Shown here piece by piece: positions 28,537 through 38,153 of a stretch of DNA of 64,000 bases. Numbering within the stretch: the first letter of the stretch is position 1; each line of letters begins with the position of its first letter. The translations under genes and the position numbers were made by a program. This stretch comes from an uncultured Lachnospira sp. (lineage in GTDB: Bacteria > Bacillota > Clostridia > Lachnospirales > Lachnospiraceae), in contig CALWKC010000011.1 of the NCBI GenBank assembly GCA_944381165.1, positions 4,225-68,224 of the forward strand. The letters are read 5' to 3'. The notes under the pieces were generated by a model, which saw nothing but the letters and a program-made list of their open reading frames with translations, was not told where the DNA came from and made no database searches.

Positions 28537-29887
28537 GAAGAGCGCGTTTGAGGAGCTTGTAAAGCAGTGTACAATGTCAGGCTCAATAGACCCGGCGCTC
28601 TATGTGGATTATGATGTAAAACGTGGACTCAGAGACAGCAACGGAAACGGTGTACTTACAGGACTTACCGAAATTTCAGATGTTGTAGGAGTACACAGCG
28701 ACAACGGCAGAAAGGTTCCTGTTGACGGCGAATTGTTTTTTCAGGGCTTCAATGTGGCTGAGCTTATCAGCGGACTCGGAGACAGAAAATACGGGTTTGA
28801 GGAGACCACATATCTTCTGCTTTTCGGCAAGCTCCCTACAGAAGAGCAGAGAAAAAATTTCATTCATATACTTACTGATTTGGAAGAACTCTCCGGTGCA
28901 TTCCTGCGCGATGTAATTATGAAGGCGACAAGCACAAATCTTATGAATTCTCTTATGAAGAGTATATTAAGCCTCTATTCATATGACGAGAATCCTGATG
29001 ATGTGAGCGTGCCTAATGTTTTGAGACAATCACTTCAGCTCATTGCAAAAATGCCTCTGATTGCAGTATATGCTTATCAGGCGTACAGGCATTACAAGCT
29101 TGACGGAACTCTGATGATTAAAAATCCGAGAAAAGATTACTCTATTGCCGAAAATATTCTTTATATGTTAAGAGATGACGGCCAGTTTACCGCGCTTGAG
29201 GCAAAGGTGCTTGATATATGTCTTGTGCTTCACGCAGAGCACGGCGGCGGAAATAACTCGACATTTACGACGCATGTGGTAACGTCGTCAGGCACGGACA
29301 CATATTCTGCGATTGCGGCTTCTATTGCGTCGCTCAAAGGACCTAAGCACGGCGGAGCGAATTTAAAGGTGCAGCGCATGTTTGCCGATATTATGGAGCA
29401 CTGCGGCGACTGGGAGAATACTCAGGAGGTATGTGATTACCTCTCAAAGATACTCGACAAGCAGGCATTTGACGGCGCAGGCTTAATTTACGGTATGGGA
29501 CACGCCGTATATACACTGTCAGACCCGAGAGCGGTTATCCTGAAGAAGTTTGCGAAAAGCCTGTCAGAGGAGAAGGGTATGCAGAGAGAGTTTGCGCTTT
29601 ATGAAATGGTTGAGCGCGAAGCAGGAAAGCTGATTATGCAGAAGAGGCAGATGTTTAAGCCTGTTTGTGCAAATGTCGATTTTTACAGCGGTTTTGTATA
29701 TTCTATGCTGGGTATTCCTGAAGAGCTTTTCACTCCTATTTTTGCTATATCGAGAGTATCGGGCTGGTGCGCGCACCGCCTTGAGGAGCTTGTGAACGCC
29801 GGCAAGATTATCCGTCCGGCATATAAATATGTGGGACACCACAGACCGTATTATGATATTAATCACAGAGACGGGGAACAGAACTAA
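28499..29887 (+). CDS. Citrate synthase
   Basis: SD GGAGG before ATG 28499. LHAEHGGGNNSTF and GMGHAVY catalytic-His motifs. Its start lies 38 nt inside the preceding ORF. Confidence 0.9.
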   Translation: MNNQQMMELTTVEKSAFEELVKQCTMSGSIDPALYVDYDVKRGLRDSNGNGVLTGLTEISDVVGVHSDNGRKVPVDGELFFQGFNVAELISGLGDRKYGFEETTYLLLFGKLPTEEQRKNFIHILTDLEELSGAFLRDVIMKATSTNLMNSLMKSILSLYSYDENPDDVSVPNVLRQSLQLIAKMPLIAVYAYQAYRHYKLDGTLMIKNPRKDYSIAENILYMLRDDGQFTALEAKVLDICLVLHAEHGGGNNSTFTTHVVTSSGTDTYSAIAASIASLKGPKHGGANLKVQRMFADIMEHCGDWENTQEVCDYLSKILDKQAFDGAGLIYGMGHAVYTLSDPRAVILKKFAKSLSEEKGMQREFALYEMVEREAGKLIMQKRQMFKPVCANVDFYSGFVYSMLGIPEELFTPIFAISRVSGWCAHRLEELVNAGKIIRPAYKYVGHHRPYYDINHRDGEQN

Positions 29888-29912
29888 AAAGAAAGGCATG
29901 GTACAGTAAAAA

Positions 29913-31217
29913 ATGTCGCAGTACAGAGTTAAAAAGCTCGAAGCTCCGGTTAATTGCGAGGTGGAGGTGCCGGGCTCCAAAAGCATTACAAACAGAGCGC
30001 TGCTTATGGCAGCTCTCTCAGATGGGGAGTGTCGTCTTAACGGCGTTTTATTCAGCGATGATTCAAGACATTTCCTGTCATGTTTGATTTCGCTCGGGTT
30101 TGTTGTCGAAGTCAACGAGATTGAAAAGTATGCCGTTATTCATGGACTTGGCGGAGATATTCCGTGCAAAGAGGCTCAAATCAATGTGGGCAGCGCGGGA
30201 ACTGCCGCAAGATTTCTGACGGCAATGCTTGCGCTGTCCGACGGAAAATATTTTATTGACGCGTCGGAGCAGATGAAAAGACGCCCTATGAAGCCTTTGT
30301 TTGACGCGCTTGAGAGTATGGGAGCCGGGTTTGAGTTCACAGAGCAGGGGGACCATCTTCCGGTTTGGGTGACCGGAGCGGCATATAAAGGCGGAGCACC
30401 TGCAAATGAAGTTTCTATTGATATAAGCGAGAGCACTCAGTTTTTGAGCGCGCTGATGATGGTAGCTCCTTCATTAGAAAACGGACTTACTATTCATATA
30501 ACAAGCAAAAAAAAGGACGGCTCGTATATAAGGATAACGCGCAAAATGATGTCACAGTTCGGATGCAGCGTCGAGTATAACGGAGACACTTACCAAATAG
30601 GGGCAGTTCAGAGCTATGAGTCAAAGACTTATCAGATAGAGCCGGATGTGTCGGCGGCATGCTATTTTTATGGAGCGGCTGCGCTTACAGGCAGTACGGT
30701 TATAGTAAAAAACGTCCACTTTACATCAATGCAGGGAGATGTCAGGTTTATAAAGCTTCTTGAGGATATGGGCTGTAAGGTTACAGATAAGCCTCAGGGA
30801 ATACAGGTTACGGGACCTGACGGCGGAAAGCTGTCGGGAGCAGACGTTGATATGAACGATTTTTCCGACCAGGCTATGACGCTGGCAGCTATTGCGCCTT
30901 TTGCGTCTTCTCCTACCTGTATAAGAAATATAGGACACATCAGGCTTCAGGAATCAGACAGGATTAACGCGATAGTAACGGAGCTTACAAGGCTTGGCGT
31001 AAAAGTTGAGGAGGAGCAGGACGCAGTAAAAATTTATCCTTCGGAGATAAAGCCTGCGGTTATAGAAACGTATGACGACCACAGAATGGCTATGGCATTT
31101 GCGCTGACAGGGCTTAAATGTGACGGTATTGTAATAGATAATTATGAGTGCTGCAAAAAAACATTTGAAAATTACTTTGAAGTGCTTGAGGAAACGCTTC
31201 GGAATGGAGGTTTATAA
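29913..31217 (+). CDS. aroA: 3-phosphoshikimate 1-carboxyvinyltransferase (EPSP synthase)
   Basis: VPGSKSITNRALL, GSAGTAARFL, and DHRMAMAFAL near the C-terminus. Confidence 0.95.
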   Translation: MSQYRVKKLEAPVNCEVEVPGSKSITNRALLMAALSDGECRLNGVLFSDDSRHFLSCLISLGFVVEVNEIEKYAVIHGLGGDIPCKEAQINVGSAGTAARFLTAMLALSDGKYFIDASEQMKRRPMKPLFDALESMGAGFEFTEQGDHLPVWVTGAAYKGGAPANEVSIDISESTQFLSALMMVAPSLENGLTIHITSKKKDGSYIRITRKMMSQFGCSVEYNGDTYQIGAVQSYESKTYQIEPDVSAACYFYGAAALTGSTVIVKNVHFTSMQGDVRFIKLLEDMGCKVTDKPQGIQVTGPDGGKLSGADVDMNDFSDQAMTLAAIAPFASSPTCIRNIGHIRLQESDRINAIVTELTRLGVKVEEEQDAVKIYPSEIKPAVIETYDDHRMAMAFALTGLKCDGIVIDNYECCKKTFENYFEVLEETLRNGGL

Positions 31218-32347
31218 TGACAAAAGTAGATATTATATCAGGTTTTTTGGGAGCAGGAAAGACAACTCTCATCGGAAAACTTTTAAAGGAAGCTTTGCAG
31301 GGAGAGCAGGTTGTGCTTATTGAGAACGAGTTCGGAGAAATCGGTATTGACGGCGGATTTTTAAAGGATTCCGGCGTTGAGATACGCGAGATGAACTCAG
31401 GCTGCATCTGCTGTTCGCTTGTAGGAGATTTCGGTACATCGCTGAAGGAGGTTGTTGACACATATCATCCGGACAGAATAATTATTGAGCCGTCCGGCGT
31501 AGGCAAGCTTTCTGATGTTATCAAAGCCGTAAAGGACTTGCATATTGAGGATGAAATTCGTCTGAACAGTGCATCAACGGTGGCTGACGCGTCAAAAGTG
31601 AAAATGTATATGAAGAATTTCGGCGAATTTTTCAACAACCAGATTGAACATGCTGGTACGATTATTTTGAGCAGAACTCAGAATATAAGCGAGGATAAGT
31701 TAAATACCGCCGTTGAGATGATTCGCTCTCTCAATGCAGACGCCCGCGTTATCACCACGCCGTGGGATGATTTGGAGGGCGCTACAATTTTAGCTGCGAT
31801 GGAAAATGTGACAAATCTTGAACTTGAGATGCTTGCGGAGCAGGCGGAAAAAACTCACCAGGAATATGAGCACGAGCACCATCACCATGATGGAGAGTGC
31901 GGCTGCGGACATCACCATGAAGATGAGGAGCATGAGCACGAGCATCATGATCATGACGGAGAGTGCTGTCACGGACATCACCATGAAGATGAGGAGCATG
32001 AGCACGAGCATCATCATGACGGAGAGTGCGGCTGCGGACATCATCATGACCATGAAGGTCATCATCACGCAGACGAAGTATTTACAAGCTGGGGAGTTGA
32101 GACGCCTAACAAGTATGACAGGGCAGAGCTTGATGAGATATTAAAGAAGCTTTCAGAGACAGAGGAATACGGAAATATTCTGAGGTCTAAGGGCATGCTT
32201 CCTGCAAATGACGGAACATGGATGTATTTTGATTTAGTTCCTCAGGAATATGAGATAAGAGACGGAAAGCCTGACTATACGGGAAGAATTTGCGTTATCG
32301 GCGCACAGCTTAAGGAGCAGGAGCTCAAGGAGCTTTTCAGAGTATAA
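31217..32347 (+). CDS. CobW/G3E-family metallochaperone GTPase with a His/Cys-rich insert
   Basis: The ATG overlaps the aroA stop (TAATG). P-loop GFLGAGKTTL. GCICCS (CxCC) metal motif. His-rich block HEHHHHDGECGCGHHHEDEE... Confidence 0.85.
   Translation: MTKVDIISGFLGAGKTTLIGKLLKEALQGEQVVLIENEFGEIGIDGGFLKDSGVEIREMNSGCICCSLVGDFGTSLKEVVDTYHPDRIIIEPSGVGKLSDVIKAVKDLHIEDEIRLNSASTVADASKVKMYMKNFGEFFNNQIEHAGTIILSRTQNISEDKLNTAVEMIRSLNADARVITTPWDDLEGATILAAMENVTNLELEMLAEQAEKTHQEYEHEHHHHDGECGCGHHHEDEEHEHEHHDHDGECCHGHHHEDEEHEHEHHHDGECGCGHHHDHEGHHHADEVFTSWGVETPNKYDRAELDEILKKLSETEEYGNILRSKGMLPANDGTWMYFDLVPQEYEIRDGKPDYTGRICVIGAQLKEQELKELFRV
31889..32068 (+). repeat. In-frame tandem repeat (about 2.7 units of 63-66 nt) encoding DGEC(G/C)(C/H)GHHHEDEEHEHEHH
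   Basis: Units start at 31889, 31955 and 32018, with near-identical nucleotide sequence GA(T/C)GGAGAGTGC...CATGAGCACGAGCATCAT. Confidence 0.85.
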
Positions 32348-32396
32348 GGTGCACAGAATGCAATGCAGTATAAATTAAAAGAGAGGTAGACGCAAA

Positions 32397-33344
32397 ATGG
32401 CAGAGGAACAGTATCAAATTCCTATATTTTTGATAAACGGTCAGCTTGAAAGCGGCAAGACGAGATTTATAACCGAAACCATTGAGATGGGACAGTTTGC
32501 TGAGGCAAAAAAGAAGCTTCTCATTGTGTGTGAGGAGGGCGAAGAGGAATATGACCCCAAAATGCTCGAGGAAAACGGCGTTGATATGGTTGTGCTTGAA
32601 AAGGAAGAGTTTACAAGCGACAGGCTGAACGAGCTGGATAAAAAGTATGACCCGTGGCTTGTCATAGTAGAGTACAACGGTATGTGGGAGCCGTCATTGA
32701 TTTATGAGACCGAAAAGCCGCGAGGCTGGATGGTCTATCAGTCTATTACTCTGTTTAACGCAAAACAGTTCGGCGTACAGTGGGCAAACATGAAAATGAT
32801 TTTAGCTGAGGCGGTTAAAAGCGCCGATATGGTTATATTTAACAGATGCAAAAGCAGTATGGAGCTTGGAAGCTACAGAAGAAGCATGAAAGCGCTCAAC
32901 TCGGCGATACAGATTGTATTTGAGGATGAAAAGGGCGATATGATGTCAATAGCCGAGCAGCTTCCGTATGATATTAACGCCGATATAATTGAGGTTGAGG
33001 ATGACGACTACGGCATCTGGTATATGGATGTATCAGAGCGTCCGGAGGTCTATAAAAATAAGACGGTACGCTTTAAGGGACAGGTTTTGAAAAATAAATA
33101 TTTTAAAGATAAAAATTTTGTTCCCGGCAGAAAGGTTATGACATGCTGTGAGGCGGACATGCAGTTTATAGGCTATATAAGCTTTTACAACGATATTGCG
33201 TCGCTTGAAAACAGGCAGTGGGTCACGGTTACAGCTCAGATTAAATATGAGTTTCAGATGGCGTACAAGAAAAAGGGGCCTGTTCTGTATGTGAGCAAGG
33301 TAGAGCCGGCACAGCCTCCGGCAAATGAACTTGTGACGTTTTAG
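32397..33344 (+). CDS. Second P-loop (CobW-like N-terminal) protein with a Cys-Cys-x-x-Asp C-terminal domain
   Basis: P-loop NGQLESGKTRFI but no CxCC motif. C-terminal VRFKGQVLKN...GRKVMTCCEADMQFIGY resembles the DUF1980/YcgQ-type C-terminal domain by eye. Confidence 0.55.
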   Translation: MAEEQYQIPIFLINGQLESGKTRFITETIEMGQFAEAKKKLLIVCEEGEEEYDPKMLEENGVDMVVLEKEEFTSDRLNELDKKYDPWLVIVEYNGMWEPSLIYETEKPRGWMVYQSITLFNAKQFGVQWANMKMILAEAVKSADMVIFNRCKSSMELGSYRRSMKALNSAIQIVFEDEKGDMMSIAEQLPYDINADIIEVEDDDYGIWYMDVSERPEVYKNKTVRFKGQVLKNKYFKDKNFVPGRKVMTCCEADMQFIGYISFYNDIASLENRQWVTVTAQIKYEFQMAYKKKGPVLYVSKVEPAQPPANELVTF

Positions 33345-33397
33345 GCTGAACTGCGGCTGAAGATTACGGGAAAAGCGTGCGCGGAAATGAGGAACAG

Positions 33398-34342
33398 ATG
33401 ATTCAGGATATTGCACCAAAGCACTTGGATAACCAATATAAAAATCTATCTCCTGAGAATGACGACACTGTTTTCTTTTTTGAGGGAAACACAGTGCTTG
33501 GAAAGCAGGAGGGCGACTGTATAAAATATCCGAGTTATTCGGATTTTGTATCGAAAGTACAGAAGGCGTCGGAAATGCCGGTCAATGAGACATATGATTT
33601 TATTTATCTTTTTGCCGTATCCGATGAAAACGGCAGGGAGCAGAGATATTTTCTGGCGCTTCCGAAAAGAAAGGTCCAGAAGGGAGCGTTTCTGGGAGAA
33701 ATGGCTGACGCCGGAATACATGCGGAATATGAGAATATAATAGAGGGCTACGATTTTATCGGAGTAAATATGTTCAGACTGGCAAAGCCTAAGGACGTGT
33801 CATTTGCGGCAATTACGGCATATCACCTGTACGGGTGGTACCGCGACAACAGATATTGCGGGCGCTGCGGAAAGCTTATGTTCCACGGTGAAAGCGAGCG
33901 CATGATGCACTGTATGGATTGCAAAAATACGGTTTATCCCAAAATCTGTCCGGCTGTCATAGTAGCTGTCACAGATAAAGACAGAATACTGCTGACAAAA
34001 TACGCAGGGCGTACATACCGCAATTACGCGCTGATAGCAGGCTTTACTGAGATAGGCGAGACAGTTGAGGAGACTGTCAGGAGAGAGGTTTTTGAGGAGG
34101 TCGGCGTGCGAGTCAAAAACCTGAAGTACTACAAAAGTCAGCCGTGGGCGCTGTCGGGCTCCCTGCTTTACGGATTTTTCTGTGAGCTGGACGGAGATGA
34201 CCATATACATTTGCAGCAGGAGGAGCTGTCAGTCGGAAAATGGTTTCACGCGGACGACTTGGATTTGGCTGAGGACGACGTAAGCCTCACGAGAGAAATG
34301 ATTTGCAAATTTGTGAGAGAACACAAAAGCAAAGAAGCTTAA
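33398..34342 (+). CDS. nudC: NAD(+) diphosphatase (NudC-type Nudix hydrolase)
   Basis: Zn ribbon CGRCGKLM...CMDCKNTVYP. Nudix box GFTEIGETVEETVRREVFEEVGV. SD GAGGA before ATG 33398. Confidence 0.85.
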   Translation: MIQDIAPKHLDNQYKNLSPENDDTVFFFEGNTVLGKQEGDCIKYPSYSDFVSKVQKASEMPVNETYDFIYLFAVSDENGREQRYFLALPKRKVQKGAFLGEMADAGIHAEYENIIEGYDFIGVNMFRLAKPKDVSFAAITAYHLYGWYRDNRYCGRCGKLMFHGESERMMHCMDCKNTVYPKICPAVIVAVTDKDRILLTKYAGRTYRNYALIAGFTEIGETVEETVRREVFEEVGVRVKNLKYYKSQPWALSGSLLYGFFCELDGDDHIHLQQEELSVGKWFHADDLDLAEDDVSLTREMICKFVREHKSKEA

Positions 34343-34462
34343 TTAATTTACGGCGCAGTTATATCAGGGTAGAATTCCAATAAATATAAAATGCGGATAA
34401 AAACGTAATAAAAACATATGTAAGGGCATAGGTTTATGGTAACGAATTGTTGCGGTGAACCT

Positions 34463-35083
34463 ATGCTTAATTATTTATGGGGATTTATGATAATCATCGG
34501 CGTTATCTATGGAGCCTTTACCGGAAATATTCAGGCGGTGGCGGACGGGGCGATTAATTCCGCAAAGGATGCGGTGACGCTGTGTATAACGATGCTGGGC
34601 GTGATGTCTCTTTGGACCGGACTTATGGAAATTGCCGAGAAGTCTGGACTTATAAAGACGTGCACCGAGAAGATAAGCCCGGTCATGCGCTGGCTTTTTC
34701 CTTATGTGCCTCCGCAGCACGATGCGATGAAGCATATGACTACAAATGTGATAGCAAATATTCTGGGACTTGGCTGGGCGGCAACACCGGCAGGTTTGAG
34801 GGCGATGAACAGTCTTGCACAGCTCAATGACTATGACAAAACAGCCTCTAACGCAATGTGTACTTTTTTGGTTATAAATGTGTCGTCTCTCCAGCTAATA
34901 CCTGTAAATATTATCGCGTACAGAAGTCAGTACGGGAGCACTAATCCAACGGCGGTCGTAGCTCCGGCGATAATTGCAACTTTAGTGAGCACGATTGTGG
35001 CGGTGATTTTCTGCCGCATTATGCTTCGCAGGGATTATTCAGCCAAAAAGACGCGCAGGTCGGAAAGCGGGGTGCGCGGATGA
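34463..35083 (+). CDS. spmA: Spore maturation protein A (nucleoside-recognition domain membrane protein)
   Basis: MLNYLWGFMIIIGVIYG start typical of SpmA. Polytopic. Followed by an overlapping spmB. Confidence 0.8.
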   Translation: MLNYLWGFMIIIGVIYGAFTGNIQAVADGAINSAKDAVTLCITMLGVMSLWTGLMEIAEKSGLIKTCTEKISPVMRWLFPYVPPQHDAMKHMTTNVIANILGLGWAATPAGLRAMNSLAQLNDYDKTASNAMCTFLVINVSSLQLIPVNIIAYRSQYGSTNPTAVVAPAIIATLVSTIVAVIFCRIMLRRDYSAKKTRRSESGVRG

Positions 35084-35616
35084 AAGCTGTTGTTGCGGTT
35101 TCAACTTATATAATACCTGTGGTAATGATGCTGATTGTAATTCACGGTATGATTAAAAACGTAAACGTATATGATGAATTTGTAAACGGTGCGAAGGACG
35201 GAATGAAGACGGTTGTCTCGATTGTTCCAACGCTCATAGGGTTAATGATGGCTGTTGGGATTTTGAGGGCTTCGGGATTTTTGGATCTTATTTCTTCAGC
35301 GCTCGGAAATGTTACGGACAAAATCGGTCTGCCGGCGCCGCTGCTGCCTCTGCTTTTGGTCAGAATGTTCAGCTCATCGGCGGCTACCGGTCTTACACTT
35401 GATTTATTTAAAGAATACGGAACAGATTCGCTTATAGGACTGATAGCTTCAATTGCCACATCGGCAACGGAAACCATTTTTTTCACGATTTCCGTTTATT
35501 CGGTTGCGGCAAAAATTACAAAGACAAGGTGGACGCTCGCAGGGGCGCTGATTTCCACAGTTGCCGGAATAGTGGCGAGCGTTGTCCTTGCCACACTTAT
35601 GTCTACCAGCTCTTAA
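35080..35616 (+). CDS. spmB: Spore maturation protein B
   Basis: ATGA overlap with spmA. Polytopic 178-aa protein with SSSAATGLTLDLFKEYG. Confidence 0.8.
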   Translation: MKAVVAVSTYIIPVVMMLIVIHGMIKNVNVYDEFVNGAKDGMKTVVSIVPTLIGLMMAVGILRASGFLDLISSALGNVTDKIGLPAPLLPLLLVRMFSSSAATGLTLDLFKEYGTDSLIGLIASIATSATETIFFTISVYSVAAKITKTRWTLAGALISTVAGIVASVVLATLMSTSS

Positions 35617-36622
35617 AGCTTATATTTAAGTCAACATCGCCTGAAATGCCGTCGATTGTGCCCTGATTGGTATACTGCCACATTGAAAATTCGTAAGGCA
35701 TATATGGAACGTCCGCATAAAATGCATACCATTTTTCGTAATCCTCAAGGCGTTCCATTTCAAGCTTTCCGGCGAAGTATCTCGAGTTTGAATAAATCAT
35801 CGGAGTGTACCCGGCGTTTTTTATCTGTTCGCAGAAAGCAACTACGACATCCGTGAGCTCTGTGTTTGTGAGAGACTCCTGGCGTGATGTCCCTGCGGTA
35901 ACTTCTTCGATGTCGATTACGACTGGATACTCCACGTTGTAAGGCTTAAGCTTTTCAATAACGTAATTTGCCTCCTCGACAGCCTCTTCTGTGGTTATAG
36001 CCTGAGAGAAGAAATATGCGCCTATTTTTATGTCATTTGTGAGAGCGTCTCTGGCATATGTATCGAACGAAGTGTCATCTGTGATATTGCCGCCGCCGTA
36101 GCCGCGGTAGCCGCAGCGTATCATCGCAAACTCAACGCCGCTCTCCTTTACCTTTGAAAAATCAATGCTTCCCTGATAGCGCGATATGTCTATTCCCATA
36201 TGTGAGGTTACGACACCGTTTTCGGTGTACTGTATTTCTCCGTCGGAATTTTTGACAAAATTGCTGTTGTCAAGCTTATTCTGCTTCAGTTCAAAATTGA
36301 TTGGAGAAAAATAATATCTTCCGTCGATTGTATAAATAAACTGGTCTGAGTAATATTCGCGCAGAAGCGGGTTAATTCCCGTGCCGCTCTCAAGACGGGC
36401 TTTCATCGAGGCAAGAAAATCATTCTGCCCGTCATTTTCCGATTCGGCTTTTATCTGTCTTATCTCAGACGGAGAGTAAAGTCTTGAGCCGCGTTCTGTA
36501 AATATAGTGTACATTCGGAATTTAAAGAAAACTGTGAGACCAATAATTAACCCTATAACGACGAGCGCAGATAGGATTATGGTTGTTTTTAGCAGGATTT
36601 TCTTTTGTTTTGTGCTGTCCAT
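35603..36622 (-). CDS. GH25 family lysozyme (muramidase) with an N-terminal membrane anchor
   Basis: GIDISRYQGSIDFSKVKESGVEFAMIRCGYRGYGGG catalytic region. TM segment TTIILSALVVIGLIIGLTVFF. Confidence 0.85.
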   Translation of the reverse strand: MDSTKQKKILLKTTIILSALVVIGLIIGLTVFFKFRMYTIFTERGSRLYSPSEIRQIKAESENDGQNDFLASMKARLESGTGINPLLREYYSDQFIYTIDGRYYFSPINFELKQNKLDNSNFVKNSDGEIQYTENGVVTSHMGIDISRYQGSIDFSKVKESGVEFAMIRCGYRGYGGGNITDDTSFDTYARDALTNDIKIGAYFFSQAITTEEAVEEANYVIEKLKPYNVEYPVVIDIEEVTAGTSRQESLTNTELTDVVVAFCEQIKNAGYTPMIYSNSRYFAGKLEMERLEDYEKWYAFYADVPYMPYEFSMWQYTNQGTIDGISGDVDLNISFKSW

Positions 36623-36763
36623 TAAGTATCCTCCATATTTAAAATTGTTGTATAATTATATTTACTATGATATTCTATGAATAATCAAGCACTTATTATC
36701 ATATCAGATTTATATGGAAAGATAAATAGTAATTATTGTGCAAAATGATGGAGGAAAAGAATA

Positions 36764-37630
36764 ATGAGAAAATATTTTGCTGAGTTTATAGGTACGTTTG
36801 TGCTGACGTTTATGTCGTGCGGGGTTGCATCCTTTACCGCAGGCTACCAGGGCTTTCTTGGCGTCGTGGGAATTGCTCTTATCTTCGGGCTTACATTCAC
36901 GGCAATGGCGTACTCGATAGGAAATATTTCGGGCTGTCATATCAATCCGGCGGTCTCTTTCGGAATTCTTATTTCGGGCAGAATGAAGTTTGTTGATTTT
37001 ATGGGATATGTTATAGCTCAGATGTTTGGCGGAATTGCAGCGGGTTTTGCAATACTCGGAATATCAAAGACGTTCAGTGAGGATATTATTTCTCAGTACA
37101 GTGTTTACGGCTATGATTTGCTGAGCTTCGGCACAAACGGCTACGGTGATGAATCGGCATTTCTTCAGGTAAATATGTGGGGAGCGCTTATAATAGAGGC
37201 GATACTGACCTTTGTATTTGTTACAGCGGTGCTCGGTGTCACTGCTAAGAAAGAGTATAAGAGTATTTCCGGTATTGTAATCGGACTTGCTCTCGCCGCA
37301 GTTCATCTTTTTGGTATACCATTTACAGGAACAGGCGTAAATCCTGCCAGAAGCTTTGGTCCTGCGCTTGCTAAGGCTGTTGACGGCAATGTTACCGCGC
37401 TTTCTCAGGTCTGGGTATTTATTGTTGCGCCTTTGTTCGGAGCAGCGCTTGCGGCGCTTGTATATATGCTGCTTACATTTGAGAAAAAATCAAAGCTTGC
37501 TGCTGTAAGTTCCGATGAGCAGCCGGTATCCGTTAATGAAGCGTCCTCAAATGCAGAGTCAGAGGTTTCCGTGAAGAATGAGACAAATAGCGCTGAGACG
37601 GAGAAGAACGCTGAGAGCAGTGAGGAATAG
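36764..37630 (+). CDS. aqpZ: MIP-family aquaporin with a ~55-aa Ser/Glu-rich C-terminal tail
   Basis: Two NPA boxes (HINPAVS and GVNPARS). SD GGAGGAAAAG. Confidence 0.9.
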   Translation: MRKYFAEFIGTFVLTFMSCGVASFTAGYQGFLGVVGIALIFGLTFTAMAYSIGNISGCHINPAVSFGILISGRMKFVDFMGYVIAQMFGGIAAGFAILGISKTFSEDIISQYSVYGYDLLSFGTNGYGDESAFLQVNMWGALIIEAILTFVFVTAVLGVTAKKEYKSISGIVIGLALAAVHLFGIPFTGTGVNPARSFGPALAKAVDGNVTALSQVWVFIVAPLFGAALAALVYMLLTFEKKSKLAAVSSDEQPVSVNEASSNAESEVSVKNETNSAETEKNAESSEE

Positions 37631-37720
37631 AAAACAGCCGAAGCAGATTGTTTAATGCTGTTACCTGGCGTGCAGCACAGCGGAATTGCAGAATTATGTA
37701 ATATGATTAAGAAAAAAATT

Positions 37721-37785
37721 AATACCCGGCAAATCATATACGCCTGTGAGGGGATTGCGTATCGGATTTGCCGGGTATTTTTTTA
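37721..37785 (+). terminator. Rho-independent terminator of the aquaporin gene
   Basis: AATACCCGGCAAATC (37721-37735) pairs with GATTTGCCGGGTATT (37764-37778). Inner helix ATACGC/GCGTAT, then TTTTTTT. Confidence 0.75.
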
Positions 37786-37937
37786 TTCTATAGGAAAGTT
37801 CTTTGAACTTTCTATAGAATAAAAATGCTCCGCAGGCTCGCAGAGGCGCGGAAAGGTAATTATTCTTACGAATCCGAGCCTAGCGAAAGAGTTCGATTGC
37901 GAACTCTTTTTTAGTCTGAGCAGCAGGTTTAATATAT

Positions 37938-38153
37938 TCAGAGCGTCTCACATTCGCGGGCGCGCTCTAAAAGATATTTATACCGTTTTTGCTCGGAATT
38001 GACCTGGTAAATGTAGCAGTCAATCAAATCAGGGTCTGTGGCATTGTCAAAGTTTGAGTAGGCTGCATTTAACGCGTCTTTCGTCATATTGATTTCGTCT
38101 TTCAGATATTTTTCATTATAAGTAACGGGAGTATTTTTTTTCTTAAAAAACAC
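37938..38153 (-). CDS. yaaL: YaaL/DUF2508 family small sporulation-associated protein
   Basis: 71 aa. DLIDCYIYQVNSEQKRYKYLLERAR pattern typical of DUF2508. SD GGAGGAAAGGAGG. Confidence 0.65.
   Translation of the reverse strand: MFFKKKNTPVTYNEKYLKDEINMTKDALNAAYSNFDNATDPDLIDCYIYQVNSEQKRYKYLLERARECETL

Noticed and set aside
31790-32144. ORFs 31790-32068 (-) and 31818-32144 (+), and the idea that the 63-66-nt periodic repeat might be a CRISPR-like array.
   Set aside because: The repeats are contiguous with no spacers, in frame, and lie inside the CobW GTPase gene, where they encode a His/Cys-rich tract. The other-frame ORFs are shadows of that low-complexity coding sequence.
35603-36622. The GH25 lysozyme as a possible prophage endolysin marking a mobile element.
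   Set aside because: No holin, integrase, capsid or other phage gene is nearby. The protein has an N-terminal membrane anchor and sits between spmAB and an aquaporin gene, which fits a chromosomal cell-wall or sporulation hydrolase.
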